In this document: piece by piece, positions 39,150 to 52,269 of the stretch | Numbering within the stretch: position 1 is the stretch's first letter | Layout of the letters: every line of letters begins with the position of its first letter | NCBI GenBank assembly: GCA_028534125.1 | Contig: CM052816.1 | Location: 6,078,001-6,142,000 of the forward strand | Length of the DNA: 64,000 nt | From: Lama glama | Lineage: Eukaryota | Direction of reading: 5' to 3' | The notes under the pieces: model-generated | What the model was told of the DNA's origin: nothing | Seen by the model: the letters and a program-made list of their open reading frames with translations, nothing else | Database searches by the model: none | Translations under genes and position numbers: made by a program

Positions 39150-39860
39150 TTCTTCTTACTGACCTGTAATCTGACCCCTTGAAACATATTCATGTTTGGC
39201 CCAGTCCCACCTCTTGGAGCCATATTATTTCTCTTCTGTGATCCAGCATTTCATTTCCATGCAGCATTTCACTCCATGCGAGTGTCCTGAGTGAATCGTT
39301 TTAGTTCAATACCCTTAGTACTTTCAATCATTTCTCAAGGGCAGGGCTTTGGACGTCTTCTTCATTCAGTACTTTGTTTTGAATGTGCTTTATATTTTTG
39401 TGTCCTGGGCACAAATGAACCTGACATTCCAAGGGAGGCCTGGCCAATACAATAGGTCTAACATTTCCTTCAATTTAAATATTCCATTACTTCTAACGTA
39501 CATAATGCACGTTTAAAAGGATTAACTTTTCTGTTTGTCAGCCTCATCACATTGTTTAATATGGCATTTATTGCCTGTTAAATCTCCCTAAGTATATTCA
39601 CGTGGGCTATTTCTAAGCTCTATATCTCCTGCCTTGAATCTGTGCCATTGGTGTTTGAACTCCAGGGTAGAAATTTCCATTTTTGTTTAATTTAATCTAG
39701 GTATATTCAGCTCACAATTCTGACATATGAGGATGTAGCGTCTATCATTCTGTGAATTCTCTGTCCTTTTCTGCTTGGCATTCTTAAGTGTGATAAGCAC
39801 ACTTTCTACAGCATCATCCAAAGAATTAATTAACATGCTGTTTGGGGCAGGAGCTGGTCT
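39150..39860 (-). mobile_element. L3/CR1 LINE fossil (RT region)
   Basis: Minus frame 39771-39851 reads PAPNSMLINSLDDAVESVLITLKNAKQ, resembling the CR1 RT motif PVLFNIFINDLD..IE..LIKFADD. Confidence 0.6.
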
Positions 39861-41114
39861 AAGAAGTTTGTTTTTGTGATTAAAACCTTTGTATTTCTTT
39901 CCAACCCACCCTCTTCTATTCTTGATTCTCTGCCCACTCTCAAATGAGCGATAGAGTTAAAGACAAAGATAGTTGAGTCAAGGCTATGCATCAGAAACCA
40001 CAAGAATAATCCTATTGGTCAGTCTTTAACCATTGAAAACCCTGGCCTTATAGGTCTTTTGTCCCCTCCCATTTGTTAAGTTTTGTCTTCCCTCCAGCTG
40101 GTATCTGCCCTTCGTCCATCTCTGATATCTTTTTTCCCCTTGGGCATTCAGCCAACTATCTCTGATATCTTAAGTGCCGAAGACCTGCTCTCCAATCCAA
40201 ACCTCCCATTCTTCTAGAACACTGAGTTTCTTTTCAAATTCAGTGAGTTCGTTGAGCTTCAGCCTCTCTTTATAAAAAATTATGGGAAATTTAAAACATT
40301 ATTAAGGTATAAAATAGTATAATGAGCCTTGTGTACCTCTCACATGTACTCAGAGTCAGTCTTGTTTCTTCTTACCTCTACCCACTCCTCCCTTTATTAT
40401 GTTGAAGCAAATTATAGATACCATATCATTTTATGCTTAAGTATCACTGAATATATTTATAAATAATAATGATTTTAAAGAAAACCACACCACAACACCA
40501 CCTAAATCGTTCATAATGCTTTCATACATCATCAAAGATCTTGGACCACTTTTCACTTGTCCAATTAGACTTCTGAGAGGAGGATATACTATGGAGGATA
40601 TTCCTTTGATCATGGCCTTACTCGACAAAATGAGACTTTCTACTAGTTTAAGTAGAACATCATTCAAAAAGTCTAGAAACCTATAGCTGTTTTTAAATGT
40701 ATTGTCTTGGCCATTTATCTAAGCAGCACGAGCACAGAATAAGGCAAAGGGGAGCAGCAAAAGGAGGATATTTAAAAGTTTCATTTGTCCCTTTGGGAAC
40801 ACCCAGTATGTTCTATCAGAGATGTGTGTTATTAGCGCCAGAAATATCCAAGCACTCCTTGGACCAACTCCTGGAAAGTGTACGTATGAACTGATAGCTT
40901 TGTGTGAAATCTTTCCCAAGCACCTCATATTTTCCCAGCAGGAACAGCAATGGTAGTTATTTACAAAGAAGAGCAGTTTTCCTCAGGCTGCCCAATGGCT
41001 GAATTAGTGGATCTGGAAAGAAAAGAGTGAGGGGGGCAAAGATCCATTTGGAAGGGACTTTCTTGGGTAATTATATGCTGCTGACCATGGAATTGAGTGC
41101 AATCACAGGAATTT

Positions 41115-41265
41115 CTTTTCTTCCTTCCTTCCTTCCCCCTCCTTCCTTCCTCCCTCCCTCTCCATCTGTCTCTCTCCCTGTCTCTCTCTATCTCTCTCTC
41201 CGTGTCTCTCTCTCCATCTCTCTGTCTCCTCATCTCTCTGTCTCCTCATCTCTCTATCTCTTTCA
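41115..41265. repeat. Pyrimidine-rich (CTTC)/(TC)n low-complexity tract
   Basis: Directly visible. Confidence 0.95.
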
Positions 41266-41899
41266 TAGGACTTTCCTCTGCTGTTCCCCAAGCAGGGGAC
41301 AGTGTGAACTGAATTTAGCTCCTCACTGCAGCTTTACCACTGTGACCATTAGGACCCAGCATTGCTTTTGTGAAGTCAATTTTTGCCAGGAGCGATATGA
41401 CTCAAGGTGTCTACAAACTTGCAACAATTTTATAAGTCACTGAATTCATAATTTACTAGTGCCATCTGGAAGGGAAGAAAGACTATTTACTGTGTCATTC
41501 GTCCACAGGGAGCTGTAAGACACACTTTCCGACCTGCTCGAATCTCTCATCTCCCCCATGAAACCAGCCAATATAACCCCAATTGGAATTAATCTCTCTT
41601 TCTCCATCCTGCCATTATGTATGGACTTCTATAATAGCAGTTTTAATAGACTTGCCCTGAATTAAAGTTACTTTTATGAATATCTGTTTTTTCCACTTAA
41701 TGTCCTTGCAAAACAGGGACTCTGTCTTACTCACTCACACATCTGTGTGCTGCATGTAGTAAACTAACAGAAATTAGTTGAAATGAGATTTTGAAATGAA
41801 TATTTGATGAAATACAAGAGGTAAAATTAGCACACAAATCCCAAACTAAATGTTTTGAAAACTCAATAAGTATTTGTTAATACCTACTATGTAAAATGA

Positions 41900-42150
41900 A
41901 AAATAATGACATGTATTGAGAGTTGACTACGTGTCCAATATTTTGCTAAGAACTTGGCCAATCATCTTATTTAATCCTCAGAATAAATCAGTGAGCTGGG
42001 AACCACAGTTATTCCCATTTCACAGATCAGGAAACTAAGGTGAGACAAGTTAACCACTTGCCCTGCTTAAGTGGCAGGTGTGATATTTGACAACTAACCT
42101 GTCCAAATACAGACAATGCCAGAGTTCTGTTCCATTGTTCTATGACATCT
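41900..42150 (-). mobile_element. MIR SINE
   Basis: atttaatcctcag...cccatttcacagatcaggaaactaagg. Confidence 0.75.
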
Positions 42151-42384
42151 CTCTTAGTTTTAGATAAGACGTAAAATTACACACATGAATCCTGTTTGTG
42201 CCCATCTGTTAGAAAACATTTTATATGCACCTATCTAGGTTCCTGTGATTTGCCTGTCCCAATTACCATAGCTCTCAGTACCAGAATAATAAGACAAAGC
42301 CTTGAATTTAAGACATAGAAGGGATTTCAGAAAGAATCTAGTCTGAATTTCTTTTCCTCATGTGTAGGTAAGGCCAGCAAAGCC

Positions 42385-42920
42385 CTTTCACTCAGATTAA
42401 ACCCCAGACTTTTAAGGGTCTGCAAAATTCACTGCTCTCTCTTTACGTCCTCCTTCTCTCTTCTCTGCTCACTCCAAAATAGCTACCCAGGCCTCAGTGT
42501 TTCTCAGACACATCCCTTTAGGGTCTTAATCTAGGTATTCTCTTGGCCCTGATGCTCTGCACCCAAATACCCACTGGATGGCCTCCCGCTTCTTTCAAGT
42601 CTTTGCTCAAAGAGCACTTCCTCATTGAGCCTGTTCAGTGCTGGAAACCCCCCCACCCCCTGCACCCCAGCACTCTCTGCTTCCCATTATCCAGCTCAAC
42701 TTTTTATTCGCTCCATAGCACTCATTATCCCCTAGCAGACTACATAATTCACTTTGTTATGTTGATTTTGTGGGGGCAGGTGAGTGTTCCCTACTGACAG
42801 CACATTTGTAAGCTCTGTGAGGGTAGGGGGTTTTGTCTATTTTTGCCTCCAGACTATATTTCCAGGTGCTGAGAATAGTGCCAGAGTGTCCAAGAACAGT
42901 GGATGAAGGAATGAATGGTC
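42385..42920 (+). mobile_element. L2 3' end
   Basis: cttctttcaagtctttgctcaaa...ccatagcactcattat...gtaagctctgtgagggtaggg...gaaggaatgaatg. Confidence 0.75.
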
Positions 42921-43589
42921 TACATGAGGATGGACAGCTAGTCAGTGCCGAGATCTGAACTAGACCCTACGCGGGTTTCTGGTCTAATGTTCTTTCCATT
43001 CCAGCACACTGACGATTGAGGTTAGAGAGGTGCCCTGGCAAAATGTCATTTGAGATAAAGCTAGAGACTGAACCATGGAGTTCAGCCAGTTCCTTCCTCA
43101 TTGAGCCTTTGGAGAGAAGTTTGGAAACCTGACATGTCAGTGAAGGGTGAATTGAGATCAGAGTAGAAAAAGAAGCCAATATTTATTGGGAATCTACCAT
43201 CAGTGAAGGCTATACAATATCCCTCATATACCTTAACCTTATTTAACATTTATACAACATTATTTCAGTTCTAAAGATGAGGAAAGTTGTTCAGAGAGTT
43301 AAATAACTCTTCGCTGGCCACAGTGCTCATGTCTAGATTGAAATGCAAGGAAATCTCTTAAGATTCTTAAGCAGAAGACATATCCTGTAACCAGTGCTGC
43401 TCCTTTAATGTCCCATAGGAGGTAGAATAGTTTTTAAAAATGGTTTACTAGTTAAAACATAGAGATAAATATTTATAGCAGTTGTATAAGCAGAGGCAGG
43501 TGTTTTCGTACTCATTTAATGTGCAATGAATTCAGTGAGTTCCTGCCACATTCAAAAGGCCATACCATAAAGTTATATGTGAGCTATCT

Positions 43590-44020
43590 ATCCATTAAAT
43601 ACTTATTCATACCAAATATGTGCCAGGCATTGGGCTGGGGATTAAGGATGCAGATACTGAAGTATAAGGTGCCTATTTTAAAATAGTTTAGTCAGGGTCA
43701 ACTTATTAATGATGGAAAAGTAAAGTGAAAGTTAACTGAAAGGTGCAGTAGATAATGCATTCATCCAGCAAACACTCTTTGAGCCCTTAATATGCTCCAC
43801 GTACTTTGTTAGGCACCAGGGACAAAATGAATATGCTAGCTGTGATATCCCCCCAGTGGATTTGCTGAGAGAGAACATCATTAAGTAAATAATCACACAA
43901 CTGTGTAATTCCCAACAGTAGGTGATATGATGGAAAACGGTAGGGAGCTGATACTCCACCTGTAACAGAAGGACCTGATCTAGACATGGGGATAGTAAGT
44001 GAGGAGTGATTCAATTACAG
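43590..44020 (-). mobile_element. Two adjacent L2 3' ends
   Basis: tatgtgccaggcattgggctggg and cattcatccagcaaacactctttgagc...tttgttaggcaccagggaca. Confidence 0.6.
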
Positions 44021-44981
44021 CTTTCTCACGTGAGTGTCAGAGTGAGCACCACACAGTTTTAATAATTTTCAAAGCACTTCCCCATCTCTTAACTCAGTAG
44101 ATCCTCACAAAAGCTTTCTTAAGGGATTCCTGGGTTATTAGCTCTATTTTGTAGGCAGACAGGCTTAGGCTAAGGACTAGAACACTGTTCTGTAAATGCC
44201 TGGCCTGGAGCGATTTTTACCATAGCAAAGTCAGAAAATAGGTCTAATGAAACGACAAAACCAACCATGGGGTTGAGCTCCATGAGGAACAGCTTAGTTG
44301 ACCTTGGCCACGTCCTGAGACTGCCCCTCTCGTACCCTGCTTGCACATATTCTTGATACTAAGGGAGAGTCAGGGAAATGTGTAGACGTTTCACTGAAAT
44401 GAAGATCTGCTCTTGGAAATAATTCAAGTAATGGTGATGACTGAGTCAGTGATCATATCCTCGAGTCTGCTCCATTCTATGCCCCACCGTCAAATTCTCC
44501 CAGTAAATTGTTTGCTTGTCTAATTCCTATGCAGTGTTCAGGATCCAGCTCAAATAACACCTCCTTTGTGATGCCCTCCCTGGCTCTTCTGTTAATTAAA
44601 TGAGTTACCTTTTCTGTTTTGAAGGAAACAGATTTGCCCCTCCAGTAGAGCACTTATCATGTTGCATTATAATGACCTGCCCTTTCCCAGGCTGGCTGTT
44701 CCATTTGGGAATGGACTGATAACATCACGTTACGAGAAAAAGGTACAGATTCATTTCTCAGCCTTGCTCTTATTTCAGGTATTCCAACCCTTGACAAACT
44801 TTCCTTATTTTTTAGAGACCCCATTGCAGGAGGGCATTTCCCTTGTGCTCATGAAGGAGTCTGTTCAGGATGACTTGATGGGTGCCATCACTTCCTCATC
44901 CTCTTTGGTGATTTCCATTTGTTGTGATCCCCATGCTCTATGAAACCGTGTGAGACTACCTACCCTCCGACTCCAGTGCCC

Positions 44982-45290
44982 TGTTGCGGGTTGGGTTCCC
45001 TGAGAAGCAGACAATAAGATCGGGTTGTGATATTAGAGGTTCTCTGGAGTAAAACCGATGAAAGGAAAATGTGGATTCAGGAGAGGGCAGGAGGAGATGT
45101 TGGACTGTGATGCCAGTCAGACAAAGTTTCTGCCAGTCTCGGGAGGAACCTGAGAGCGAAGACTGCCTATCAGAGGAGCCCCAGACGGTACAGAATTGGC
45201 TGGGCTTGCACCATTATTGCTCAGCCATTGGCTGGGGGCCGTCCTGAGAGCAGCGAGCCTTTGGCTTGAAAACTAAGAGAGAACTTCAAG
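44982..45290 (-). mobile_element. ERVL LTR (LTR16A/B-like)
   Basis: gttgggttccctgagaagcagac...gcgaagactgcctatcagaggag...gctcagccattggctgggg. Confidence 0.75.
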
Positions 45291-45379
45291 GTTCTTAACA
45301 AACTATACTCCTTGCAGTCTAGGAGGAGTCTTGTCTTACAGATGTTTGGCATGAAGCATCTCCATGTCTGCCAGATGCA

Positions 45380-46238
45380 GCAGTGTGCTGGGGCTGACTT
45401 GAACTGTAGCAGATTGTTAACTTTCCAGGGATTTTGCAAGCTAATTATTAAACACAGCCATAATTAAAAATAAAATAATATAAATTCACAAATACATGTA
45501 TTAAAAAGAAAGAGAATAAATACCCCCAATTCATCATTGCTTCATTATTTTTGACCACATTCTGCTATTATCTGTGTTCCTGAGGCTGTGTTTCAGTTGT
45601 ATCTGTATAATTACTTTACACTGTGTAACTGCGTGTGGTACACACCTTTTCCCAGCTTACTGACATCATGTTGGTAGTTTGACATTGGCCATATTGGAAG
45701 TATTTGTACCATGGAAACCAGCAAACTCCTCAAACCAGGGCTTGACTGTTTTTTGGTTGTCTAGACTTAAGAAAGTAATAAAGAAAATGTCAATAAAATA
45801 GATTTTATTTAAAAGTGGGTTATGTCTGTAGCCATTACATTGTGAATAGAACAAAATGTTGAGGAAATGGTCTTCCAGTACTCAAAACCACTTGTATCCA
45901 ATTCAGCAAAGTTGTTCCACTTTCATCTTACTCCTTAGCATAAGGAAAGTATCACCTAACATTCAGGTTGGATCTACACTCGTCGGTGGCAACAATGATA
46001 GGTCAGTTAAAGGTACAAGAATTCCACAAAAATCAAATGAAAGCATTCAATGAAACGCCATTGGTTCTATGGTATTTACAATAGAGGATATTATATATTT
46101 TATTATTAGTTGCAAATTATATGCTAGACACTCTTAATATCAGTACAATTTGTATAAACCTTGTATATGTATATATACACGCACATACACATTTTCTTTT
46201 CCTGGAGACCCCACTGTTAAACATTTACCAACATACTG
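45380..46238. mobile_element. MER63C/D-like hAT-Blackjack element
   Basis: Termini cagtgtgctgg ... ccaacatactgg (inverted); internal catgttggtagtttgacattggccat...ccagggcttga. Confidence 0.8.
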
Positions 46239-47654
46239 GTGCTCAGAGGCCTTTGCCTGATGCCCTTACCCCACATCACTGGTGTACCTGAGATGCTTTA
46301 GTTCCTTGAAGGAGCCAATGGCCTGTGATATCTGTTGCTCTCAGTGTGCTAAACCAAGCCAAGGCTCAGGCGGAGGGGGCCTCTCTTCTCCTTCAGTTAC
46401 ATGGGTACAAAGGCAATATTGTCCTGTGCTTCAGTTGCTTACAGAGTTTTTCCAAACACCCTTCTTTCAGTTTTCACTCTCAGTATCTCCCCTTCTCTCC
46501 CCAAGGACTCAGGTGTGAGTCCATGATGAGCTGGATGAGAAAAGGAAGTTGGAGGAAGATACACATTGTATTGAGTTGCCCATCCCCTCTGCAATCCAAG
46601 GCTTTGTTGTATGTTGTCTACCTGAATCTCTCTCTTCCAGGAGACTTCTCAGTACTTTTCTATTAAGCCATCCTGTTGATTTTAAATGATTGATTATTGT
46701 CCAGACATTCTTTGAACACAGTCGTGGCCATAGATTACAACCAAGCTGGGCTTCTCTCACTCACATGTCCCAGTGATGCTATGACCTTCCCAAGGGAAGT
46801 CATCTCACCTTTCCGTCTCCAGCCCCATGTGACATAGTAGACACTGAACAAATTATTGTCTAACGAATGAATGCCACGTGGCAGACAGGGGAAGACACCT
46901 GATGGATTAGCTCCCGATCATGGAATTTTCGTTAGTCTGTACTGAGAGAGACACTGTCCTGTCATGAAGAAGGTCATATAGTCTGGGCCACAATTTGTGC
47001 ATAAAGTGGCTGTAATGGAGGCCAAGGTTTAATGGGTTCCATCCTGACTGCAGGGGCCGGAGCCATGGGAGTCTGTGTGCTCTCTCCTAGGCCATCTGTG
47101 CTCCCTGGGTCCCATTTTAGAGCTTTCTTTTCTCATTTTTTTTGGCTGCTGAGCCTTTGCCTAGAAACAGTGCTGTTTCTTTGTCTAATATTTAAAAGTC
47201 TGCCTGGCCCTTCCTGTGAGCATAGGTTCTCATGGTTTGACCTGGTTTTGATGATATCTTTAAGTTGCTGCTCTCGGTGGAGGCACTGTCATGTCCCTTC
47301 CATTATTGTGAGTCAGAGGTAGTCCCAGGATGTCCCAGATCGGGGAGGCAAACATCTCAGAAACTGTTCAGATCATTGATGTTTTCAGGTGATAACAGGG
47401 GCCAGCAAGATAACACTTAAGATGCAGCTGCTATGGATATATACTCCCTAAAGCGAAATAGTCCTTGTGTCTTTTCCAACCTCAGGGAAGCACAAGTCAT
47501 TCACCCACTGCATGCAGGTGAAGTCTGGACTCCTTTTCCCTGGGTTTCACAGCCATCACCACGTTGACCTTGACCTTCTCATAAATAAATAATGTAATTC
47601 TTGAAACAGCCATTGTACTAGAACCTTTCAATAAAGTGGTGAACAAAATAGACA

Positions 47655-47895
47655 TGACGTGGAGAGGTAACTGCTGTACTGGGCAGAGAATGGGGCTAAG
47701 AGTCAGAAATCCTGTCCTCGCTAGCTCCATTACCAAGTAACTTCATTTTTTTTCCTGCACTTCCGTTTTCTAATCTGTAAGATGGGTACAGTTCCTGCTA
47801 CTTTAGCTAGTTCTGAGGAGTTGATGGTTGTTACTAGGATCCAATCCGATGATGAATGTGAAAATACTTTTTAAACTAAAGGGTGTGTTACAACT
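47655..47895 (+). mobile_element. MIR SINE
   Basis: gagtcagaaatcctg...ctagctccattac...gttttctaatctgtaagatggg. Confidence 0.7.
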
Positions 47896-47919
47896 TTGGT
47901 GGGATTATGAATCATTTAA

Positions 47920-48615
47920 CTGTATCAATCAATTATATGGATTGCAAAGAGAGAAACCCAAGTTGAACGTGCTTAAAGAAAATATGGGGTTTATGGGAAG
48001 GATATTGGTACTGGGATAGCTCACATAATCAAGGACTCAGGACAGCTCTGCAGCCTCAGGAACTGGAACCAGGGACTCAAATGCCATCAGCATTGTCTCT
48101 CATATTCTCTCCCTCTCTTTCCCTCCCTCCTGTGCCCCTCCCTTCCCTCGCTCCTCCTTTCTCATGCTCTCACTGCACTGGTCCCTCTATGCCTGTTTCC
48201 CCTTCTGTATAACTTTGCCTCTCCTCTCTGCTCTTCTGCCTTCTCTGTACTGAAGGTGAGCCTTCTCCACAGCACAAGACATATGATGACAGAAAACACT
48301 GGGCTAATATTTTATTTTAGGGAGATGAGAGGAAAAAGACCCTTCCTGTCAGCTTCATTTGGAGAATTCCCAAAAGTCTGACCTGGCCTGTTTCATGGCC
48401 CCATCCTGGACCAAGCACTTAGTTGAGGAGATGGGGGTCTTATAGCTGGAAATTTTTTTTTAAACATCTGTTTCTGTGACCAAAGATATAGAGTATTTCA
48501 CTCTGCAGCCCAGACTATAGCCTTATGGTTGGAATCCCCACAGGAGTGGGATTGTTGTTAACAGAAAAGGGGAAAAGTGATGCCAGACATATGAAACAAC
48601 TCATGCCTGCTACAG
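47920..48615 (-). mobile_element. MaLR LTR (MLT1K/L-like)
   Basis: tgtatcaatc...ttgcaaagagagaaacccaagttgaac...ggaactggaaccagggactca. Confidence 0.6.
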
Positions 48616-50013
48616 TTCATAGAAATGTTTGTGGCATTGACTCAATCAGGCAGAGCTAGTTGGTATGGTAGAAAAGGAGCAGGAAACTGTGTTAACGTAA
48701 GCAATGTATTGCAAAGTTAAGTCACCTTGCACAGATGATATGCTGAGAATAAATGAACAGAGATGACCTACAAATTTCATCCAAAGACACCTCGATTGAT
48801 AGCAGCTCATAACAAAAGATAGAATTTTGCTGAAGGGAATCAAGACAGATTGGATCATGTAAGATGGTGAGGGGTAGCGTGTTAGAAAATGACAAAAAGG
48901 CACAAATAAATCAACACATGCGAGGTGCAGGTCTGTTAACATCCTTCCTCTGATGAAGATGGATTCTAATTACAAACAGAAGTCAGTTGATTGTGTGCAG
49001 ATTTTATTTATGATCAGATCTGATTAGACAAATGATGACAAATGAGAAATGGTTGTAAATTGCCCAGTGATAAGCTCTGTTGCTAGGTAACAAACCAACA
49101 TAATTCCCAGTAGTACCAAACAAAAGGGAGGATTTGGAGGAGCAGAATATTTTCTGGATCTCTTTTTTAAAAAATGAATTTTTAAGGGAATTACCCAGTG
49201 TGCTAAGCTTTTAGGATTTCCACTTGGGTTCTCATATCTCATTAGAAGTGAAATATCGGCTTAGTTTCAGTTCTGTGATGCATACTTTCTCCTAAGAACC
49301 TAGGTTGAGAGAACTGGAAATGAAAAGACTTACAAACAACATAATTGCTGTCCTTGGATATGTTAATTCAATTCATCAAATGCTCATCCACATTCTCCTC
49401 TGTGGAGAGCATAGTTCTAGACACTGCAGAGTGTAGAAGAAAGTATACCTACCAGTACCTGTTCTTGTGATTTTTGGGAACCAGTGCATGTAGGCAAACA
49501 ACTACAAGACAATACGAGAGATATGGGTCATCTGATGCAGACCCATCAGAGACTGGATATGTGAGAAATGATTGAAGGGAATACAAATGTTCAACTCTTA
49601 GAAGAAAAGGCTTCAGAAGGAAGCTGCACCTCAAACTACTTTCAAACACAGAGATATATCCTATGGGTGATGTAGGGGCTTTGTTCTGTCTGTCTCCACG
49701 GCATGCACCACTGCCAATGAGTGAAAGCTCTAAGGAGGGTATCTCAGTTCCTATAAGGGAGGGACTTGGAACTCAAGATGTGTGAAAGTAGGGCAGGTTC
49801 TCTCATGAGGCTCTCTCATCAAGCCAAAAGTGACTACCTGCCAACAAGGACCAATTTCATTGAGTGACTCTACTTCATTGAGTATGTTGGGTGATGAAGA
49901 AATGCCTTGTGGTTTACATTTCCCAAAGTGTATCATGCAGAATGCTAGAATTGTGAGATGCTCTCTGACAAAAGAGAGCCTTGTTTCCAAATAGTGTTCC
50001 TCATGTCTTGCAG

Positions 50014-50066
50014 ACGCGGTGCTCTGCTTGCGGTGTTTCGGGAAAAGCTGCTCTGTTGTATGGGAG
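50014..50066 (+). other. Candidate 53-nt exon (alternative donor gives 59 nt)
   Basis: ttcctcatgtcttgcAG|acgcggtg...tgggag|GTTAGG (or agg|GTAATA at 50073); four CpGs in 27 nt. Confidence 0.35.
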
Positions 50067-50499
50067 GTTAGGGTAATAACTGTGGGAGTTCCGAGATGAG
50101 TTATGTCTTCTCTCTTCTCAGACCACAGTAATGACATTCTCGTTTCTCAGCTTCACTTCTTTCTGACAAGATTCCTGAGAATCTATATTCAGAATGGGGA
50201 CATTAAGGGTGTGGGATTAGGGAGCTGTGAAAGAAATGGCCTGAGCAATCTGAGACATCTAGGGAAAGCAAATGTGAGTCTAAAACAAGTGAAGATCTAG
50301 GTTGGTGTCCTCCCACCCGTGGCACACTGCTTCCCAGGGCTAAAACATCCTCCAGGAATTTTCACTTTGGGTGAGTGACTCCCAGATTTTTTATATGCGT
50401 GCTTACTCCTTCCCTGGTTCTCAGCTGATGACGGGGCCATTGTACCCCGATGCTGTTTAGCCATCTGAAACTTGCCGTGGCCTGATCTATAGCCGCTCC

Positions 50500-51605
50500 T
50501 GCTGTGCTGAGCTTTCTCCTCCCCGGGTCATTGCCATTGCACTAAATGGCACCACCATCATCTCCCACCAGGACAAATATATTGGGCTCCCAGTTGGTCT
50601 CCCTGTTTCTGCCCTTACCTCTGCAATCCATTCTCCACATAGCAGCCAAAACAATTTTTTATAATATAAATCAGTCTTGCCAATTCTCTGCTTAATCGCC
50701 TTCAGTGCCTTCCTGTTTTTCCTTGTGTGAGTATTGCCACAGCAGTGATTCATAACAGACCACCCCCAAATTCAGTGACTTAGAACAACAGCCCTTTCTT
50801 TGCATTCACATGACTGTGAGTTGGATGGGTAGCTCTGCAGATCTCAGTTGGACTCCAGCCTTGACATGCTCTGCCTGTCTCTCATTCTTTGAGGGTCAGT
50901 GGGCTACGCTAATTTCCAAGGGCAAAGCTAAATGCATGAGCACAGTTTAAGCTCCTGCTTGTTTCGTATCTGCCCAAAGGCCATTGGCCAGTTAGTCACA
51001 TGGCCAAACCCAAATTCAAGAGGATGTATACTCCTTCCACCATGAGGCTATCTCAAGGGTATAGATTTGCGAAACTTGTATGGAGCAAAGAATTATGTGT
51101 AATCATTTCATCTACCACGTGCTTAGAATAACATTCACACTCCTTACTGTGTTCTCAAGACTCTAAATGATTTGGCTTTTGACTGCTTGTGCAATATTAT
51201 CCAGTGTGTGTGTGTGTGTGTGTGTGTGAAATATGCCAAACTCATTGCTGCCCTAGGACCTTGAATCAGCTTTTCCCAGTGCATGAAATGCCCTTTCCTA
51301 GCCCAGATCTATAGAAGACTGATTCTGGCTGCCTTTCCACTTGAACATTACTCCCATGGCAACGCCTGAGACTTAGGAAGTCTCTCTTGCCCCATTTATC
51401 CCTTATTACCTCTACTTGTTTTATTTTTTTCCCAAGCATTTATCTTTGCCCAGTATGTTGTTATTTATGCATTTGTCGGTTGGTTAGATTATCTGCTTTC
51501 TGCACGAGAAAATAAGTTCCGTGAGATAAGGCATCTTGTTTGTCTTGTTCACTTTTGCATCTCAGTATCTGAAACAGTGATTGGCACCTAGTTTTTAAAC
51601 AAGTG
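50500..51605 (+). mobile_element. L2 with a nested MLT1I-like LTR (~50722-51118, minus) and (GT)n at 51204-51228
   Basis: ctgcaatccattctccacatagcagcc...; LTR cataacagaccacccccaaattcagtgacttagaacaac...tagtcacatggccaaaccc...tctaccac; L2 tail gtgattggcacctag. Confidence 0.7.
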
Positions 51606-51634
51606 AAAACACGTAATTTCTTATTTCTCCCCAG

Positions 51635-51657
51635 GAAAATCTCCCCAAATGGAAAAA
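51635..51657 (+). other. Candidate 23-nt microexon
   Basis: gtaatttcttatttctccccAG|gaaaatctccccaaatggaaaaa|GTAAGT; all three frames open; contains an ATG. Confidence 0.45.
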
Positions 51658-51689
51658 GTAAGTATTCAGTATGGTGACATTTCTGTCGC

Positions 51690-52175
51690 TCTCCTTTTTT
51701 TCCCTGCTTATTTACAAAAAGAATACGTTTTAATTGGAAAAAATGAGAAAATATGAGTATGCAAAACCAACATTAAATCACCAGAAATTACCACTAAGAG
51801 AGAGTCAGTCTTATCCTTCCAATCTTTTCTCCTTTGCAAATATATGCATCTGCAGTTATTTTTATATTCCCCGTACTGCTTTTACTTTGTATTTGTCATC
51901 TTTTCAGGTCCATAATCACGAATCATCATCTTCTGTTGGCTGCATATTATTTCTTGCACAGCTGGGCAGAAATATCCTTTGTGCTTAAGGCTTTGCACAT
52001 ATGTCTCATCAATTACTTAGTGTAAAATTTCAGAAGCAGAATTGCTGGCCAGAGGGCATTTGCACTTTTTCAAGGCTTTTGAAACACAGCCAGGTGATCA
52101 AGGTGTATCAATTTACACTCCTGCCAGCAGTGTGTGAGACTGCTATGGCTACATTTTTTTAACATCCCATTGATC
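51690..52175 (-). mobile_element. Ancient L1ME-like fragment
   Basis: aaaatttcagaagcagaattgctgg...gtatcaatttacactcctgccagcagtgtgtgaga. Confidence 0.55.
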
Positions 52176-52269
52176 ACTTCTAGTCTAATTCAGTGACAAT
52201 GAAGTTAGCATTTTCAGTGTTCCTAACATTTGATGGACCCTGAAGGTCTGCAGAGCCTTGCACGGCGCT

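Noticed and set aside
40961..41443. R/E-rich and S/L-rich ORFs
   Set aside because: Produced by the TC/CTTC low-complexity tract.
49751..50137. 128-aa minus-strand ORF overlapping the CpG-rich segment
   Set aside because: Non-ATG start, no recognisable homology or splice signals; the + strand exon reading fits better.
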